A stretch of DNA of 63,550 nt, counting the filler, from Chiloscyllium plagiosum (taxonomy: Eukaryota), in assembly GCF_004010195.1 (NCBI RefSeq). It is 3 parts of one record of this genome, joined end to end, with 100 filler letters (N's around TTAATTAATTAA, not from the genome) between each part and the next. Parts side by side here need not be neighbours in the genome. Positions count along the whole stretch, not along the records: positions 1 to 28,554 come from NC_057712.1; 2 more parts are not named here. One strand, written 5' to 3'. The notes under the pieces are model-generated. The model was not told the DNA's origin, made no database searches, and saw only the letters and a list, made by a program, of their open reading frames with translations. A program made the translations under genes and the position numbers. Each line of letters begins with the position of its first letter. Position 1 is the stretch's first letter. This document shows, in pieces, positions 11,603 to 23,629 of the stretch.

Positions 11603-11884
11603 CTTTATTATGCTGCTCTGAATATACACAACAGCCCCAAAACGCAAACCTCCTTAAAAAAAGGTTAAAAAATGGAACAAATGCTTACAGGTTGATGTTA
11701 GAAGGGCCTGAAGTCTCATTTGTTTACACATAAACAAAAAGTCCTCTCAATACCTTTTAATCTCTGTACCACACTAGTCTAATCAGCACCATGAGATGTC
11801 TACAACCCCTCGGAGAAAAGCCAAGGACACAGTATCCTTGAGAAAAGGGACAGCTTTTAGAAAAAAGGGACTAGCTTTGTGACA
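11603..11884 (-). repeat. Truncated, internally deleted 5' LTR of the Gmr1 element
   Basis: Matches 5542-5644, then jumps at the ggc microhomology to 6579-6757. Confidence 0.8.
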
Positions 11885-12104
11885 ATTCCATGTGTAAAAA
11901 GATTCACTTGACACTTTAAATCTGAAATATTGCCCCTCAAATGATTTGAAAGAACAAAATGCTCATTCGTCAGTTATTTTACAATGGAGGAACGACATCT
12001 TTGTGCAAATTAAAAGTGAAAAAGAGAATGACTTGAATTTACCTTCCATGACCACTGCGCATCCCAAAGTGCTCTAGAGCTAATAAAGTCAGTTTGAAAG
12101 TAAG

Positions 12105-12495
12105 TAACAAAAACAGGATTTGCTGTGGAGAAGATCTGTCAGCATCTTTGGAGAGAAAGTAAAGTTAACATTTTCAAAACTGCTAGTAGCGAGAAATGTT
12201 TGGTGTATAAGCCAGGGAAAGGATTGGCCGAAGAGGAAAGTAAACGAGTCAGCCATTATGGTCCACATTAACAGTTATTCATTCCCCCAGACTGACTTTA
12301 TCCTTTCCTTTGTGTGTGTGTGTGTCTCTCTCTCTCTCTTTCTCTCTTTATTTACTCCTTCTCCCCTCCCCTTTCTCTAATATCTGTACTGACCTTTCTC
12401 CAGCTGCAATCAATTCTGATGAGGGGTCTGCCAGACCTGCTGATTCTTTCCAGCAATTTCTGTTTTTGTTTCTGATTTCAAGCACCCACAATGCT
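12105..12495. mobile_element. Old fold-back PLE derivative
   Basis: Inverted arms aaaacaggatttgctg...cagcaatttctgtttt; residual ctgatgag at ~12416. Confidence 0.55.
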
Positions 12496-12712
12496 TTGTA
12501 TTTTTTTGAAAGCCAGTAAATCATTGTCATGTTTGAATTCTCTTACATGTGTGATGATATTCTCATTTTTTTAAAATGTATGGACCTAACCAAATTTTAC
12601 CTGCACATTGGGAAGTTGTGAGTGCACCTCTCATTACTTCCTGTTCATAATAGACAGTGAATGATGAACACAGATCAAATATTGGCATTATCAGTGGAGC
12701 TGCTTCCCCCGA

Positions 12713-12987
12713 GGGGCGGCACAGTGGCACAGTGGTTAGCACTGCTGCCTCTCAGCGCCAGAGACCTGGGTTCAATTGCCGCCTCAGGGGCAACTGGCTG
12801 TGTGGAGTTTGCACATTCTCCCTGTGTCTGCGTGGGTTTCCTCCGGGTGCAGGTTAGGTGAATTGGCCATGCTAAATTGCCCATAGTGTCAGGTGTAGGG
12901 GAATGGGTCTGGGTGGGTTGCTCTTCAGAAGGTTGGTGTGGACTTGTTGGGCTGAAGGGCCTGTTTCCACACTAAGTAATCTAATCA
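12713..12987 (+). mobile_element. HE1-type SINE
   Basis: ggcacagtggttagcactgctgcctc...ggagtttgcacattctccc...taatctaatc tail. Confidence 0.9.
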
Positions 12988-13049
12988 AAATACGTACAAT
13001 TATAAAAACTAAGATATCTTCATAATCCCTCATCAACGTTCTGGAGAAC

Positions 13050-13237
13050 TCAGAATACACTGCCAACAGTGGTAGTAGAGTCAGATACATTTAAGCAACT
13101 CTTGGATAGGCACATGGAAGTTAGCACAATGACGGGTATGTAGGTTAGTTTGAGCTTAGAGTAGGACAAAAGGCCAATACAACATTGAGAGCTGACGGGC
13201 CTATACTGTGCTGTAATATTCTATGTTCCATGTTCTA
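13050..13237 (+). mobile_element. CR1 3' end
   Basis: catttaagcaactcttggatagg...gggcctatactgtgctgta...(ttctatg)-type tail. Confidence 0.75.
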
Positions 13238-13899
13238 TTAGAAAACTTCTTAATTTTGATTTTCACCACTTTGGCTTCAAATTCATTATAATTTGATTCT
13301 GTCAGCTCTTTGTTACCATGTTAAAGAAATGGTGATGGATTTGCATTGCTTTTTTTAAAATACATCAGAAATATTTGTATGTCACTAATAACTCAACATC
13401 TCACAAAGTTTGGACACTTTTTCATACAAATTGTTTAATCTTTCTCACTGATCTTTTGTGGTACCTTACTCACAAAGCAATCACGAAAAGTTGACACAAG
13501 TTTCAATTCAGCAGAAATAAACAGAAAATACGGGAAACACTAAAATGATCAGATCTGAAATGTTAACTGTTCTTCGCTCCAAAAATGCTGAGCAGTTCCA
13601 GCAGTTTTTAAGATTTTAGTTCAGGTTTCCAGGAAATGCAGTATTTTGCTCTAGCATTAGTGTCCAATTAATAAGATCTCCAGTCAGAGGCTACTACATT
13701 GAATTGCTGCCCATTTTTAAACATATCTTGTGAAAATGCTTAGAGGACTAAAATTATCAATTGTTGAAAGCAACAATTGTCAAGTATTGCACAACAATAA
13801 TTTGCATCATGATTGATTGCACAGAAAGTGCAATATTTGTCAAAATAGAAAAACAAAATAATGACATAATGTTTATCTTTTTAATTTTGTTTTTTGTTT

Positions 13900-14080
13900 T
13901 TTCTAACTCATACTATGAATAACTGTAAAGAAATGTAACAATCTTTTCATTATCTCTCTATTTTGTATCTAGAATTTGTACCGAGGTACTTTGTCACCCC
14001 ACTTGGCACCATCTTAGGCACGATGTAAACTTTGCAGTGTACTCCTGTATTTGAGTACACATGACAATAAATCTAATTCT
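13900..14080 (+). mobile_element. Non-LTR 3' end (Rex1/Babar-like tail); related to 59570-59700
   Basis: Ends gtacacatgacaataaatctaattcta; reverse-complement relative at 59570-59690. Confidence 0.5.
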
Positions 14081-14899
14081 ATAATATGCACAGAGCAGAA
14101 AATAAAGAGCTGACAGAATCAAAAATAATGAATTTGAAACCAAAGTGGAGAAAATCAAAATTAAGAAGTTTCCTAAAATATGAGTACGTTAACAGTCTGA
14201 TGCAGTCCAAACATTTCTGTTTTGAAACCAACTCTAAAAGGAACTGTGAAAAAAATTAGACAATAAGAGTATGATGGAATAGTTTTGCAAATAGTTTCAA
14301 GAATTTAGCTTGGAAGGTATTCACATCAATGTGCAATTTTGTCAACTCACCGATAACATACGCCCAACAGAAGTACCAAATGATTGCCATAAATAAGAAA
14401 AGATTTTTTAATAAAACTATATTAAGAAACTCTGTACTAGATAAACAGCATGCCTTCTTTTATCTTGAATTAATTTCCACTGAAATTGATTGCAGATGAA
14501 AACCTCAGCTGCTATAACAGCAATGAAATGAGATGTTAAATAGGGAAGGATTGGACAATTAGACTGTAATCAGATAACCAATCTTGATAGTCAGCTTATG
14601 GGAAATGAAGATCACAAACATCCATTAACAGTACAGTTTGATGGAAGGATGTGTCTCAAAATTTAGAGGGAGTTAAACAACAAGGAAAAGAAAGCCTTCT
14701 TCATGCAGAATGTGTTTGCTTTTCCTCTTCGTTAGAGCTTTTCTGTTTTAATAGCAGTGTAACATCTTATCTTGCCACAGACACCTGTGGGGGAAGAGTC
14801 CCTACTTAAGGCTGAGATAGATTCTTGATCAGGAGAGAAATCAAGGATTATGGGGAAAGGGCAGGAGAGTGGACATGAAGAATATTGAATCGGCCATGT

Positions 14900-16170
14900 C
14901 TAGAGATTGGAACCAGGTGGATCTTATTGACTATGAGATCCTTGATTGGGTTTGTTAACCTGGGCCAATCAGAAAGCCCTGGCTGACAATATAAACAGAG
15001 GATGACCTCTACCACAGTTAGGTGGTAGTGTGGGGGTAAGGGAGAAAAGAAAGAGAGAAAAAAAAGAGAAAAAAAAAGACCAGGAGATTTAGAGTCCCCT
15101 CATTTTAGAGGACTGACTCTGTGCTGGTCGGTGCCACAGGCTGTGTGTTCCTGCTACTCCTCCCTGTGTCTTGTTGGAAGAGGAGAGTTTCTTTTTCTGT
15201 CCCCAACTCCCCCTCCCCCCCCCCCCGCCTCCAATCCAGATAGGATATTTGTTAATTCTGGTTTTATTTATTGTTTTCTATGTGTTTGATTTTCCTAAGA
15301 AAAATTTTTAAAAAAACAGAGAATGATTGCCTGCCCCTGTTCCACAGCGATGTCCAAGCCTGGCTGTCTCTGGAGAAGGAGCACGTGGTGTCCATACACC
15401 CGTAAGCTGTTCAGAGAGAGGTGGGCGCGACAGGGAGTGGAGTGCATTATTTCCCCCCCCAACTCTATTTTGTTTTAATCCCTGCCCTCCCCTTCACTGT
15501 TTGATCATGCAGCATTGCCCTTTGATGTGAAAGGAACTGCTTGTCACTGGCCACCCTTGGGTTTCCTTTCTTCCTGGTGGTGGAAATTGAATAAAGACCT
15601 GTACACCTGTTGTCTTTCACTGTGTCTCACACCTGCACACACACAAAAAAAGAAGTATAACTAGGTGATTTAGAGTCTCCTCAATTTAGGGGATTGACTC
15701 TTTGCTGGCTGGTGCTACAGTCAGTTTGTTGCTGCTGCTGTTGGTTTCTGTATTTTGGAGGAGGAGAGTTTTCTTTTTCTTTCCCCTTGTTTAAAAAAAT
15801 ATATAAACAGAGGATGATTAGAATCTCCTCAGTTTAGGGGACTGACTCTGAGCTGATTGGCCACAGCCAGTATACTTGGCGCAAGTAAATAAAAGATGAT
15901 TCGATGATGCAGATATCTATGCAGATATTTCACCAACTTAAATTTCCTCAGGAGATATTTGAAAGTATCTGTGTTTTGCACTAGTTATTTCCTTGTTTCT
16001 GTATTAGTTTTCACTCACTTAGGTACCCCTTTATAAAGAAAGAGAAAAAATATATAAACAGGAGATTAGAATCTCCTCAGATCAGGGACTGACTCTGAGC
16101 TAGCTGGCCATAGCCAGTGTACTGTGCACATGTAAATAAAGGGTGACTTGGTGACAGGGAAATGACCTCG
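14900..16170 (+). repeat. Array of five LTR-like TATA/hairpin units interleaved with A-tailed non-LTR 3' ends, inside a CR1 3' end
   Basis: tataaacagaggatga at ~14990; ggagatt..a(g/a)tctcctca..ggga(c/t)tgactct at ~15081, 15656, 15801, 16051; CCAAT and TATA in the first unit, AATAAA in the last units; CR1 flanks 14790-14900 and 16170-16230. Confidence 0.6.
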
Positions 16171-17142
16171 GTACAGATTCTGTTGAATGGCAGAGCAAGT
16201 GGGAGGGGCTGAATGGCCTACTCCCATTCCTGTTTCATTTGGTTACTGCTATCGTTACACCCATGTCTCTGAGCCTGCACATACTGCCAGCTATTCAATC
16301 ATGACAGTGACCACAACCAGTCTGCTCAGATTTATGGATACGTTATTCAGTCTTTTGCAGAATAAGGGTGGTCCACAATCTGAGACATCAGGAGCTAACC
16401 AGTGGGGAACTGAGTCGCCTGTGTGTTCAAACTCCCATGGAAAAAGCTGGTGCTGGCTATTATCCCAGTGTTCATTACTGAACTCCTGATCAGCAACGGG
16501 ACTGAAAGCATTCAGGATGACAAGCTCTACCTTCCTAACTAGCCTTTATGGAAACCACCTCCTCATTATTTGACACTGTTTCCTGCTCTGAAAATTGTTG
16601 GCAGTTCAAGGTTAGGAGAATGTTGTGCTCCAGTTGGTGATGCCGTTCTGAAATGAGCATTGAATACTGTCTTACACCATGCCTGCTAAGATGAACATTA
16701 GTGATACATTAATGTCTACACCACTGCAGTGTCTTGTGTGATTGGGCCCACAGGTGCCTGAGCGTTACAAAGCTGTTTTGGAGCACTAAGGCACTCAAAC
16801 ATTGACATGAGTTAATCTAATTTTTCACCCCATGGGCTGAAATTTCCTCCACTTTAAAACTTTGAGCACTGGGACCCTCTCCAGTTCCTCATTCAACTTG
16901 TGTGAGCTGGGCACTCAATGGATTGAATCGGTCAGGAGGAGACCAACTCCTCATTCACCATCCAAATAGGTCTGGTATGTGGGCTGATGATGCGGGAAGG
17001 CAGAGCGGAGTGGTCACATAAAGATGCCTAGCCACTCCCACTGCAACTGCTGTGGCAGGGTAGCTGTAGTGACTGAGATACAAGTGGGAGCATGACTGTC
17101 TGGTTGAGGTGAGGAAGAAGGGAATGCAATTACTTCCTTAAG

Positions 17143-17313
17143 CCAAAACTCACACAACACCGGGTTCAGTCCAATATATTTATTTGAAACCACAAGCTTT
17201 TGGAGCAGCGCTCCAAAAGGTTGTAATTTCAAATAAACCCAGTGGACTATAACCTGGTCTTGCATGACTTTTGACTTTGTCCACCCCAGTCCAACACCAG
17301 CACCTCCACATCA
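17143..17313. mobile_element. Mini fold-back PLE (family B)
   Basis: Inverted arms meet at the ggagcagcgctcc stem; approximate TSD tccttaag/tcctttaag. Confidence 0.75.
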
Positions 17314-18789
17314 TCCTTTAAGTTATAGCACTTTCAGTGATAGCAATTGCTTTGGATTCTACTGCAATCACAAGCCACTGTATTGTCTTGAATGAAGTCT
17401 TCCTGCATTCATGTTGAGATATTTCTCAATCCAATGTAATGCTAAGGCTGCTGAGATTTCCCACTGTGCACTTGCCTTGGTTGACCCTAATGAGTTGTGT
17501 GCACTGTGGGACACACTGTTAAGCTCAGGAAAAATGGAATTGTCATGGGAATATCCAACTCCGTGACCCAAATTGCCTTAATTGGTTTCTGCCCTCACTA
17601 CTAATAGTCCAGTGCTGTGGCCCAGAAGAAGTGACACAGAATGAAGAAAATGACAGGGAACTTTTCACACATTGTTCCATCATCTAAGGAGTTGGGAAAA
17701 TTCCAACACTAGTCCTTCAGTCTCTGAAAGCAAGTTCTCTGTCAAAGAGGGGTTTAGAAAAAATTCAAAATAAGCTATTCGCTGCAAATAAAATACTTCT
17801 GCCTGCATTTAGTAGGCTATCTTCAAACCAACAGCATTTAACAGCTGCACTATAATCAGATTTTTGCATAACTAATCACAAACTAGAAAACATCACTGCA
17901 AATACAGTGGCAAAAAGACCAGACTTTGTTTCCAGTGGGTTTGAAACATAGTCCACTTATAAAATTTACTTATCACTCACAAAAAGTTTTTGTCGACAAT
18001 TGATTTTTAAGGGATACTGAAGATTGGTCAGGCCTGACAGATTCCAGCCAATGCATCATCAGCAGGTATACGACAAGTGACAAAGATAGATCATTTAATC
18101 AGAAAAACCCATTAGGAACCAACATCAACATACTAAATGGATCCAAATGTCATTATCAAGTAGTCAGTACAATCTGCATTTGCAATTCTTTTCCAGTTGA
18201 TGAAATAGGTCATCCATCAAGAAAGTGGCGGGAGAGCCTTTCCTCAGTAATCTGTATTCCTTTTGCAAAAGCGCTATCCGCTACAGTATATGATTAGCAG
18301 ACAAATATGTCATGAGGTGCTTTTTATTTGGAGGAAGACAAGGTAATAAGCGATTTTAATTGCAGGTTTATGCTAAAAAGTGAAAAAGATTACTGTTGGG
18401 AGGCAACAAAAAATTTGAACTTCATTAATTTGCATTGACTGGTGCGAAGGTGATTTATGGTTTTATAACCGAAGCTGTCGTCAATTAAGCAAAAAGTCAG
18501 CAGAAACAGCCCCAGATTAGTTTTCCTATTCAATCGTATGGCTTCCTGTTGCAGGTGAAAGGATTGCAGTAAAGTTCCCATTACATTCCAAAATTGGAAA
18601 GGCATCCAGTTCCAGAACAGAAATATAGTGTCTAATCCCAGAAGAGTATCGGACTCCGCTCTCGGTGGTTTAACCTAGGGGTCACCATGCCTCAGGCAAG
18701 GTTGAGAGGGTGGAAACCACAGTAATGTCAGCTGGCAGAATATGTGAACCCATGCTGTTGGGCATCCCTCCAACCAGTCAACTGAGTGG

Positions 18790-19215
18790 ATTTGAGTTTG
18801 ATTCATACACAGGATGAGCCTATCAATGGCTAAACCAGCATCTATTGCCTATCCAGAGGGCAGTTAAGGGTTAACCACATTGCTATGAGTGTGGAGCCCC
18901 CTGTAGGTCAGACAGGTAAGGATGTCCTGAAGGACATTAGTGAACCAGATGGGTTTCGTTTTTTGACAGTCAACAATGGATTCTTGGTTATCATTAGATT
19001 TTCAATTCCAGATTTTTAATGGAATCCAAATTCACATGGTAGGATTTGAATCCATCTTCCCAGATCATTACTACGGTCCCACATTCCTGATGAAGAGCTT
19101 ATGCGCGAAACATCGACGCTCCTGCTCATCGGATGCTGTCTGACCAGCTGTGCTTTTCCAGTACCACACTTTTTGTCTCTGGGTTCACAGTCCAGCAATG
19201 ATACCCCTTGGCCAT
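18790..19215 (-). mobile_element. Second SINE family copy, interrupted by a PLE fragment
   Basis: Reverse complement of the 43221-43548 type (ggcagttaagggttaaccacattgct; ttttcaattccagatt). Confidence 0.7.
19076..19175 (+). mobile_element. PLE family A terminal fragment with partly decayed hammerhead
   Basis: attcCTGATGAagagcttatgcgcGAAAcatcga at 19083-19116. Confidence 0.75.
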
Positions 19216-20042
19216 CAACTCCTTTTTTGGGACCTTGAACAGTAGTTAATCTGAAGGAATTTATTTGGGTCATTCAGCAGCCTAGAACGTCCTGAAGGAA
19301 GGTTGTCTCACAAGGAATGTCACTCAGTGATAGAACCATAAGACCTTTACCACAATTTTCCATTTTGCATTCTCAGTGTGTCTTCTTCTTTGCTAGAAGG
19401 TTATGATAATAGACAATAGGTGCAGGAGTAGGCCATTCAGCCCTTCGAGCCTGCACCGCCATTCAATATAATCATGGCTGATCATTCCTAATAGGCCTTC
19501 TATAGGCCTTCTATAGGCCAGAAATTATGGTTAACAAGTAGAACATTCTTACCATAACTGCTTGTATGCTGCATTAGTGGAGATGACTAAATGAGTTAAC
19601 GCTGGCATAATAGAAGATGGAACAAGTGCATATGAATATATTCAAGAAGTCATTTTTCAACTTGCCTTTGCTCGTGGGGAGGATCTTGCACCAGTCATGT
19701 ATATCAAATATTATGGATTTCCAACAAGGAATTTAAATGTTCAGAAAATCAGACACAGTATGAATTTCTGAAATGCCTACGCAAAGATCTCCGCTGAGAG
19801 TGCAAAGTTTAAAAAAAAATCCTCCTGAAATGCTATCCTTGATAAGACTAACAGTAATTCCCAGGGTAGTGTCCTTTCATCCCAGTGATAATGGTTTGAA
19901 TTTAACCAAGAGCAATTTGATGAAAATCAACTTTTATTTTAAGGCTGTATCTTATTGGGACTGGGCTGTTGGTTTGAATTCTGCATAATTCACTATACAT
20001 TGACACTAAATGGATAGGTTGCAGGATATTAAAGTTAATGTA

Positions 20043-20295
20043 AAATCACGCAATACCAGGTTATAGTTCAACAGGTTTATTTGGAAGCACTTGCTTTCGG
20101 AGTGCTGCTCTTTCATTAGGTAGCTGTGGAGCAGGACCATAAGACACAGAATTTATAGCAAAAGATTACAATGTCATGCAACTGAAATGATACACTATAC
20201 TAACCTAGATTGCTGTTAAGTTTTTCATCTTTACGAATGGGTTGCAGCTATTTTTAACTTTGTCCACCCCTATCTAACACCGGCTCCTCCACATC
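20043..20295 (-). mobile_element. Short PLE (family B) with decayed hammerhead and inverted tail
   Basis: TSD aaagtta(a/g)tgta at 20031-20042 and 20296-20307. Confidence 0.8.
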
Positions 20296-21374
20296 AAAGT
20301 TAGTGTAGGAATGGAAAACTCACCCCAGTGCAAGTGAGGACATGTATCTGAGGTTGGGATTAAGATTGACACCATGGGCAGAATCTTACCAGGTTTTCCA
20401 GAGTCTTGACCAAGAATGGGCCCTGATTTTGTTGGTGACAAGGCAAGAGAGAGAAATCATAAGACACCATTGTTTCTCCAACTGATGTCTGTTTTGATTC
20501 TTCCACTGCACCCTAACACCGCAGCCCCACACCTTTAACCCAGGAGAGCTTTAGTGAAGCACTTTTGTGATGCACTTTGAGTTAGATAGAACAAAACATG
20601 GCCCATCAAGTCTGTGCACATGCTTTCTGAGAGACAGTCCAGCCAGCCTTCCACAGCCTATCCTTTTTCTGTCAAGTATTTATCTGGTCTCCTTTTGAAC
20701 TCTAAGCTGAGTCATTATATGCCACTATCTGAAAGAAAGTGCATTCCAATTTTGAAACACTCTTTGGATAAAAGTTGTTCTCTGAGTGCTACGCAACTGA
20801 TGAGGTTAAATAATGAACATTTGATTATTGGTTCTTTTGCTATTGGTGAAAGGTTACCAGGGTAACTGGGAATCTAGATTTAAGGCTGAAATTGGATTAT
20901 CCATTATCTTACTGAATAGTGACACAGGGCCAAGGGGCTAAATGGCCCACTCCTGTACATATTTGTATGGGAGTACAACTGATTACTCATTGTAGGGAAA
21001 AAGTATCATTGGGTTAAACCTGACCCATTGTTAACATGACTTGTGGAGTTTGGCTCTTGAGACTTTTTCAATGAGTACTCTTCCACTTTCAGAACCTGCT
21101 TTTCCAGTTGTCAGGGGTATTTAGACACCAAAGTATTTAAATTGGTTTTAGGCAACAGAAATAAAGTTAGCAAAAACATTTTTTTCAAAATAACAGACAC
21201 TTCTATGGGCAAAAGAAAAGCAACCAAATCATACCATTTGCAGACTAATGAGATCACAGTCAATGTATGTCTGTCAAAGTTTTAACTAGACAGTCACTAT
21301 TCTTTTATTGCATCTTAGCTACCAATCACAGATTTAAATGTAATAATCGACATTGTGTTCATTAAAATAAAACC

Positions 21375-22980
21375 CACCATGTGGCTGCCCACACTCATTC
21401 GATTGGCTGAACTGGTCCTCACCCTCAACAATTTCTTCTTCCAATCCTCCTGCTTCCTTCAGATCAAAGGGGTAGCCATGGGCACCACACAGGTTCCAGC
21501 TATATCTGTCACTTCGTTGGTTATGTGGAACAGTCCATCTTCCATAGCTACACCGGTACCACTCACCTTTTCCTCTGCTACATCGATAACTGTATCAGCG
21601 CCACCTCCTGCTCCCACGAGGAGGTTGAACAATTCAGCAACTTCATTACCATCTTCCATCCTGACCTCAAGTTCACCTGGACCATCTTGGACACCTCCCT
21701 CACCTTCCTGGGCCTCTCCATCTCCATTTCTGGCAACTGACTCAACATGGACATCTACAACAAACCCACCGACTCCCACAACTACCTGGTCTACACCTCC
21801 TTCAACCCTGCTTCCTGTAAAAATGCAATCCCTTATTCCCAAATCCTCCGCCTCTGCTGCATCTGTTTCCAGGATGACCAATTCCACCACAGAACATCCC
21901 AGATGGCCTCCTACTTTAAAGACTGCAATTTCCCCTCCCACGTGGTCAATGATGCCTTCCAGTACATCTCCTCCAATTCCTGCACCTCCACCCTGGAATC
22001 CCATCCCTCCAATCACAACAAAGACAGAACCTCTCTGGTCCTCACCTTCCACTCCACTAACCTCTGAATACAAAGCATCATCTTCCGCCATTTCCACCAC
22101 CTACAAACAGACCACCGCCAGACATATATTTCCCACCCCACCCCTATCTGCATTGTGCAGAGACAATTCCCGCCATGACTCTCTTGTTAGGTCCACACCT
22201 CCTACCAATCACATCATCTTCCGCCATTTCCACCACCTACAAACAGACCCCACCGCCAGACATATATTTCCCTCCCCACCCCATCTGCATTGTGCAGACC
22301 ATTCCCGCTATGACTCTCTTGTTAGGTCCACACCTCCTACCAATCCACCCTTCCCTCCATGGACCTTCCCTTGCCATCGCAGGAATTGCAAAACTTGTAC
22401 CCACACCTCCCCTGCTCCCCTCTATACAAGGCCTCAGAGGATCCTTCCACATTCGACAGAGATTTACCTGTACTTCCACACACGTCATCCACTGTATCCG
22501 TTGCTTTCGATGTGGCCCCCTCAACATTGGGGACATAGGACGAAACTTGCAGAACATTTCAGAGAACATCTCTGGGACACACACACTAAACAATTACACC
22601 ACCCTCTGGGTGAACACTTTAACTCTTCCCCCGTCCTTTCACCAGTTTCCTCATTTACCCCTCCTCCCCTCACTTTATCCCAGATCCAACCCTCTAACTT
22701 GGGCATTGCCATCTTGAACTGTCCTACCTATCCATCTTCCTTCTCACCTATCTGCTCCACCCTCCTCTCCAACCTATGACCTTCACCCCTCCCACCTTTA
22801 TCTACTCACCACCTTCCCTGCTACCTTCCCCCCAGCCCTGCCCTTTCTCCCATTTATCTCTCAGCCCCCTTGGGCCACCTCCACATTCCTGATGAAGGAC
22901 TAATGCCCGAAACATTGACTGTCCTGCTCCTCGGAAGATGCCTGACCAGCTGTGCTTTTCTAGCACCACACTCTTCGACA
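21375..22980 (+). mobile_element. Penelope-like element (family A): RT plus GIY-YIG, decayed, with ~135-bp internal tandem duplication
   Basis: LTLNNFFF..LQIKGVAMGT, YIDNC, FLGLSI, YNKPTDSHNYL, VIHCIRC..C..EHFREHL; hammerhead remnant 22885-22918; duplication 22075-22345. Confidence 0.9.
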
Positions 22981-23139
22981 GTGAGGGACACATCAGCAAT
23001 GATGGGATGGCGGAACAGACTCGATGGGCCGAATGGCCTAATTCTGCTCCAATATCTTATGAATGTTATGAATCTGATGAATTTCTAACTCGCTGCTGCT
23101 CTGATTACTCAGATTGGGCCACGCCCTCAGGCCTTTAAC

Positions 23140-23495
23140 AGGAAGCTCTGAAGGTCCTGAGACATTTTGACAGGGTACATGGAAAAGCAATATTTCCTCT
23201 TCTGGGAGTGTCTGTAAACAGAGGTCACTGTTTAATAAGAACAGGCTATCTACTCAAAACAGCGATGAGAATAAGTTTTTCTCTGAGAGGCCTTTGGAAT
23301 TACCTTCTGGAAAATACGGTGTAAGTAGAGATTCTGAGTCTTCTTGAGATAGAAGTAGATATATTCTTGACAAGGAAGAGGATAAAAAGTTATCCGGATT
23401 AAGGTGGGAATGTATAGTTCAGTTATGATCTTACTGCACTGTCAAACAGGCTCAAGGAACTGAATAGTCTATTCCTTCTCTCAATTCATATGTTT
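23140..23495 (+). mobile_element. Old CR1 3' fragment
   Basis: ttttgacagggtacatgg...gcgatgagaataagttttt...ggctcaaggaactgaatagtct. Confidence 0.65.
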
Positions 23496-23629
23496 GAAGG
23501 CTTGTATACGATTCAGAAATATCTGCTGAAAAAGGTAAAGATGATCTTTTTTTGTTACCAGTTTGAGACTCTATCCCCTTGTCCTACTCCCACAGTTTCT
23601 TTAAAAGAAAATAGATTTCTAATTGAAAA

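Larger units (their letters stand above)
5033..11884 (-). mobile_element. Decayed Gmr1-type Ty3/Gypsy LTR retrotransposon (nested host)
   Basis: Starts TGTTA, ends TGACA, 4-bp TSD ATTC (5029-5032, 11885-11888); LTR similarity between 5542-6757 and 11607-11884; pol remnants on minus strand. Confidence 0.85.

Noticed and set aside
12713..12790. tRNA genes at SINE heads
   Set aside because: A/B boxes run straight into HE1 body and LINE-derived tail; not stand-alone tRNAs
19590..19770. Protein-like plus-strand frame (IEDGTSAYEYIQEVIFQLAF...)
   Set aside because: Bounded by stops, with no start codon at its 5' end or convincing splice sites
21355..22779. 474-aa ORF as a novel S/T/P-rich protein
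   Set aside because: Mostly an off-frame read of a C-rich, frameshifted PLE RT/GIY-YIG
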